Positions 58,356-64,000 of a DNA stretch of 64,000 bases are shown here, piece after piece. The notes beneath the pieces were generated by a model that saw only the letters and a program-made list of their open reading frames with translations, was not told where the DNA came from and did no database searches. The stretch's first letter is position 1, and each line of letters opens with the position of its first letter. The stretch spans positions 20,026,001 through 20,090,000 of the forward strand of contig OZ231126.1 in NCBI GenBank assembly GCA_965153355.1, read 5' to 3'. The stretch is from Flaccisagitta enflata (taxonomy: Eukaryota). Made by a program: the position numbers and the translations under genes.

Positions 58356-58961
58356 GAACTAGTCATCCAAGGATCGCACATGGTCAGCGGTACCTGATGC
58401 CCTGCTTGGAGTGATCAAGTGAAGTAGTGGAGAGAGAGCAGGGCAGCGGCCCCAAAGGGCCGATGTCCTGTAGGACACAGGGGGAATTTCGAGACGTCCT
58501 GAGGTATATTAGGTCTGAGAAGATAGATAGAGGTCATTGAAGGCGGTTTTGAAGCCTGGAGGGCAGAATTAGGTTCTAGAGAGTAAATTTGAGGTTTGAG
58601 GGGCAGGCTTGAGGCCCTGAGGACTGATGTGAGGCCTGGAGGGTGGATTTGGGGTATGGAGAGCTAATTTGAGGTCTTGAGGGCAGATATGAGGTCTGGA
58701 GAGCTGATTTATGGTCTTAAGGACTATATTGAGGTCTGAAAGGGCTTTTCAGCCTATTCTGATGGCTCAGAGGGCCAAAATCAGGCCTGAGAGAGCAAAA
58801 TTGAGGCCCCTGATGGGGGACGGACGGACGGAAGGACGGACGGACGGAAGGACGGAAAGACGGAAGGACGGACGGAAGGATGGAAGGACGGAAGGACGGA
58901 CGTCTCGAAATTCCCCCTGTGTCCTACAGGACATCGGCCCTTTGGGGCCGCTGCCCAAAAA
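58356..58961 (-). mobile_element. Helentron/DINE-like family 1, full-length copy with a duplicated end (58293-58355)
   Basis: aactagtcatccaaggatcgcacatggtcagcggtacc ... ggggccgctgcccaaaaa; reverse complement of the 32172-32719 architecture. Confidence 0.8.
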
Positions 58962-59295
58962 GTGCTTTTATTGGAATATTCTCTCCAACTGTGTTTGTTT
59001 GTTTTCCAAAATTATCTCGCCGCAATGGTAGGTCGGTCCATCAGTTTGTGGAGCATGTAAGTATGCCGCCTCATAGTCCCTTTTAGTCGCGGGCTAAGCG
59101 ACTCTCCACCCTGCTTTGTTGGTCTATGGGTCGGTCAGTCGGTTGGTCGGTTCTCTTTTTACTTTTTCAGCATTTTTGAGCGTTTTGAGCTCACTGCTCC
59201 TGCCCAAATGCCCATGTAACCTCTATCACTGCCCTTGCCCACCCGCCCGCGAATGAGGTAGCCGTGTTTCCGGTCTTGTTGGTCTTCACTGCCTG

Positions 59296-60173
<878 letters not shown>

Positions 60174-60320
60174 GTATAACTAAACTTAACTAAACTAAAC
60201 TTATTCCCATTGAATGATGTGGCTGCGTTGCAAATACTATATTTCCCTCCGTTTGCATCAAGTCTTTTTGATCGTCATTTCTTTGTGCATTATCTCGTTC
60301 ATCGGTTTGTCAATTTTGTT

Positions 60321-60401
<81 letters not shown>

Positions 60402-61492
60402 CCTACATTCAATACAGATGACTACAGATGCCGCGACAAATTAGGTCAAGGTGCACACGATGGTGTCGTTTCGGTCATGTTAGGGATCTCAATCTGTGTC
60501 TTTTGTTTTGAAGTGTTTTTACACGGGTAGTGTTTTAGGATTAGGGGTAGGGTTAGGGTTAGGGATAGGGTAGGTTTTGGGATGGGGTAGGTTTTAGGCT
60601 TAGGGATAGGGTTGGGTTATAGATAGATTTGGTTTTGTATGTTTTAACTCAAGTGCGCTTGAATTAAAGATTTGCCCTTGCGGGAAAAAAACAAGTGCAC
60701 TGGATAGAATTCCCTAAGATTACCGTCGTGGTCACGGTCAAATTATATTCTAGAAAAAAATTAAAAGGATAATTTTATAATTTTTTCAAACGAAATTGTA
60801 TTTTCAGTATATGTTGTTGATTTATTTGCATTAAGAATTATTTATGTGTACAAAATCAGTTGGAAAAATGGAGAAAAATATAAAAAGGCTCTTTTTATTG
60901 ACTTCTCTGACATGAAATTCTTAATCTGTGTCTATATGCATAAACGGTCAGGATTCCCGGTTACAAAAAGCTTAAAGAAAATAAAAAAAAAAGGACACCT
61001 AACAGATTTTTGCACAGAGGACCTAAAAAGGCTGTAGATCACGATTCTGATATTCGCATCTCACTAAAAACACTTGCAAAGAAGATGAGCGTCAAATCTG
61101 CACTTATCCTGCTCCATCTCCGAGAGCAGAGGAAAATTAAGTGTCTTTAATGTTTTTTTTCTCATTGAAAAAGAAAAAATCTTTGCGAATGTCGTTGCAA
61201 TCAGGGAGAATATCTTCACTAACAGGAATACAAGCGAAATTGTCGGTATGTCTAAAAAAGTTGTTCTGAACAACATTCGCAGTTAACAAAAAATTTCTCA
61301 CCTATATGATGAGGCAAAGAAACGTGTCTAGATGCGTCCTTTTCATCTCTATTAGTTGCTTCATCTGTCCGTCGGACCCTCCGTCTGTGCATACAACGGT
61401 CGTTTGTTTGCCCATCTAGGACGCTCACCTCTAAATCCCGAAAAACTGGCGGGATACAGATATCAGCATCGTCGTAATATAAATAAGCCTTC

Positions 61493-61626
<134 letters not shown>

Positions 61627-61869
61627 TGACAAAGATACGAAATACGAATATCGGCCTCCAGTAGAAATTGTCGTCGATGACGTCAGGCGACAGCGATGGC
61701 AACAAGAAAGAGGAAGAAATCTCGGCTGCAGACTTTGAGTAAGGAACACTTCTGGTTCGAGTGGCAGCATAAGAAAATGAAAGAAAATAGGATAAAGGAA
61801 CAAAGAATTTGCATCTGTTGGAGGCAGAATTCTGTTAAAAGCGGATCCGTTGGAGCGAGTTTCAACTGT

Positions 61870-61937
61870 ATTGTAGTTTCCCCAATGGATACGAGGGAAG
61901 AGTGAAACTATGATCACGTTATGACGTTTCACTTTTT
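61870..61937 (+). repeat. 68-bp direct repeat, identical to 63288-63355 (putative split-repeat A1/A2)
   Basis: attgtagtttccccaatggatacgagggaagagtgaaactatgatcacgttatgacgtttcacttttt is present twice without mismatch. Confidence 0.95.
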
Positions 61938-62034
61938 TGTCTAGCAATGTAAGAGGTCGTATCGACGATTTTTTCTCTGCTAATTTTCTCGTCACTTTCC
62001 CGTTTGAATTTTTTCGCCCATTTTGGTCTTGAAG

Positions 62035-62889
62035 ATGCCGAGAGATGGCTTTTATAACGACAAGGAAGAGGAAGATACCGAACCTTACGCTTACGCGGAT
62101 GACTTTGATCAGGAGGAGGAGGAGGAGGAGAGAACCGTCCGCTTTGAGCGCGAACGCTCTCGCTCTCCCTCTCGAGAGTAGAGCCGAGCGCGTCACGGGC
62201 AAAGGCAAAACCGCTCTCGTGGTAGAACCGGACCCCGTGACAATGACGATGGTGAAGGCGGCGTGCGCTCAAGTCCGACTCGTTCTCGGCCACTTTCATT
62301 TGTCGGCCATTCTTTTCTCATGAGCGACGAAAACAACACCGCAACATCGTCAGCCGAAATTCCCGCCGACTTAGAAGAAAGAGTCGCGCTTCGCGTTTCC
62401 GAAACTGTAACAAACAGTCTACGAGAACAGCTACTTGGCGTCCTCAAAGAGAAAGAGGAGAAGTCCAATGGCTTTGCTAAAGAGGTGGAAGCACTCCAGG
62501 CAGCCCAGCGTCATGCATCTTTGCTCTCCGAGGCAACCGAGCTTCAGAGCGAGAGCGCTCAAAGGCAGTTTATCGCGTTTGCGAAAGTCAAATCAGGAGT
62601 CATCAACGCGAAACGGCTGATGCTGGCCGGTGACGTCTCCGGCACTGAATCAGAGTTGGCGGCGGTGGAGAAGATCGCCGATTTTTGCATCGACATGATT
62701 CGTCGAGCCGACAGCATGCCTGGTGGCTGGGCCGCCGCGAACCTCTACGAGAGAAAAGCTTCTGGTCAGGCGGATCAGAAAAATGACAAAATGTGGCGGT
62801 CCGCGGTAGAAGAATCAAGTGACGCCCGCAAAATGAAGGGTAGAACCAAAGGGAAAACTTATTCTGGGCAGTCAAACCAGCCCTTCAAG
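62035..62889 (+). CDS. gag: Retrotransposon gag-like ORF, 5' part (one in-frame TAG at 62179-62181)
   Basis: ATG 62035 (MPRDGFYNDKEEEDTE...RSRSPSRE*SRARHG...) is in the same frame as ORF 62263-62985. Gag-like sequence runs to ...SNQPFK, followed by AAG|gtaacc. Confidence 0.75.
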
Positions 62890-62980
62890 GTAACCCGCAC
62901 GTTAATGTCTGTCAATGTTGGTGACGCAAAGTCGACTCCGACTGGCTCTCGGCAGTTTTCTATTTCCGTCATGACTCATG

Positions 62981-63116
<136 letters not shown>

Positions 63117-63394
63117 ACACACACACACTCACACACAGTTTTGCGTACATTTTCTTGGGGTTGGGACTGCTCTCACTCGTCCGCTCTGTTGGTCTTTGTG
63201 GTAGTTATGCCATTACACGCTTCCCACTTGTTTCACGATTTCCGAGTATTCATATTGGGGAAAGGGAGATTTTCCGCAGAGCGGAAAATTGTAGTTTCCC
63301 CAATGGATACGAGGGAAGAGTGAAACTATGATCACGTTATGACGTTTCACTTTTTCGTTGCTTAGTTACTGGGATACAAAAACATTGAGTTCAG

Positions 63395-63658
63395 TTAAGT
63401 GTCGTCTTATCTCCCAACCCACCCAACCCTTGTTCAGCGGGCACGCCTTCAAAGCCGCGATGGACGTGCTATTCGTGCGGCGCCCACACTCACATCGCCT
63501 TGGACCCAGCCTGTCCAAAAAGATCTCAGCAGCAGACGTATGGCCACGACCAACGCCGTGCAAATTATAACAGACAAGGAGGCCCCGTCCTCCATGGAGG
63601 CCCCGTCCTCCCGCAATATGGTGCCGGTTCGAGCCTCGCCTCACCGAGAACAAACTAA
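63395..63658 (+). CDS. gag: Gag 3' part with CX2CX4HX6C zinc knuckle
   Basis: Frame open from 63389 to the TAA at 63656: ...AGTPSKPRWTCYSCGAHTHIALDPACPKRSQQQ...SPRTN*. No ATG, so it is absent from the ORF track. Confidence 0.7.
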   Translation, partial: LSVVLSPNPPNPCSAGTPSKPRWTCYSCGAHTHIALDPACPKRSQQQTYGHDQRRANYNRQGGPVLHGGPVLPQYGAGSSLASPRTN

Positions 63659-64000
63659 TGGTAAGAGTGATCCTGTGGAGAATACTAGGGCCTCCAAGGT
63701 TTCTTTGGTAAAAGAAAAGTTTAGAGACGTCTTCAATGTAAGTAATGAGTGTAAGTTGGTGGACAGATCGGTCCTTGAGAATTTTTCTGATGACATAAGC
63801 GTTGCTGGTAGGTTAAGTAGACCTGCCTCAATAGAATTTTTTCGTGAGATAGGGGCTTCGGAGTTTTTGCTAAAAATCCTCAAAGTCGGTCATCATCCAG
63901 ACCTTATATCAGAAGTACCTCAAATGGAGTGCAAAAACAATGGCTCTTTTTATAAACATCACGATTTTGCCATATCAGAAGTAAAAAAGTTATTGGCTTC
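63438..64000 (+). CDS. pol: Pol (reverse transcriptase ORF) N-terminal region, open to the window end
   Basis: Frame open after the TAA at 63396 to the window end; first ATG at 63540; encodes SVAGRLSRPASIEFFREIGASEFLLKILKVGHHPDLISEVPQMECKNNGSFYKHHDFAISEVKKLLA. Overlaps the gag 3' part in a different frame. Confidence 0.82.

Noticed and set aside
60532-60620. Telomere-like TTAGGG repeats
   Set aside because: Only about two or three exact units in a short degenerate tract; more likely part of a repeat than an interstitial telomere.
62045-62323. 92-aa Arg-rich ORF overlapping the gag start
   Set aside because: Alternative-frame reading of the Glu-rich gag N-terminus (GAG repeats read as AGG).

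Overview
Repeat-rich animal (probably invertebrate) genomic DNA with spliceosomal introns; the organism cannot be named from the sequence. Three spliced genes can be assembled by hand. (1) A six-exon purine nucleoside phosphorylase (PNP)-family gene (13315-47102, +, 320 aa). Its second intron is about 30 kb, and its phosphate-site residues and His257 equivalent are substituted. (2,3) A tandem pair of paralogous seven-exon genes (48295-52268 and 52695-55362, +) encoding signal peptide, three Cys/Trp-rich 'WDYCC' modules, one transmembrane helix and a Cys-rich tail. The window ends in a DIRS/PAT-type retrotransposon (61870 to beyond 64000). Its gag is split by an intron-like segment carrying an exact copy of the element's 68-bp left end, with splice acceptors leading either to the gag zinc knuckle or in frame into pol. 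Two PNP exons are each followed by decaying tandem copies of their own 3' end plus splice donor. The rest is microsatellites, Helentron/DINE-like short repeats and palindromic non-autonomous DNA transposons, including a four-level nest. All gene models are manual and lack transcript support.
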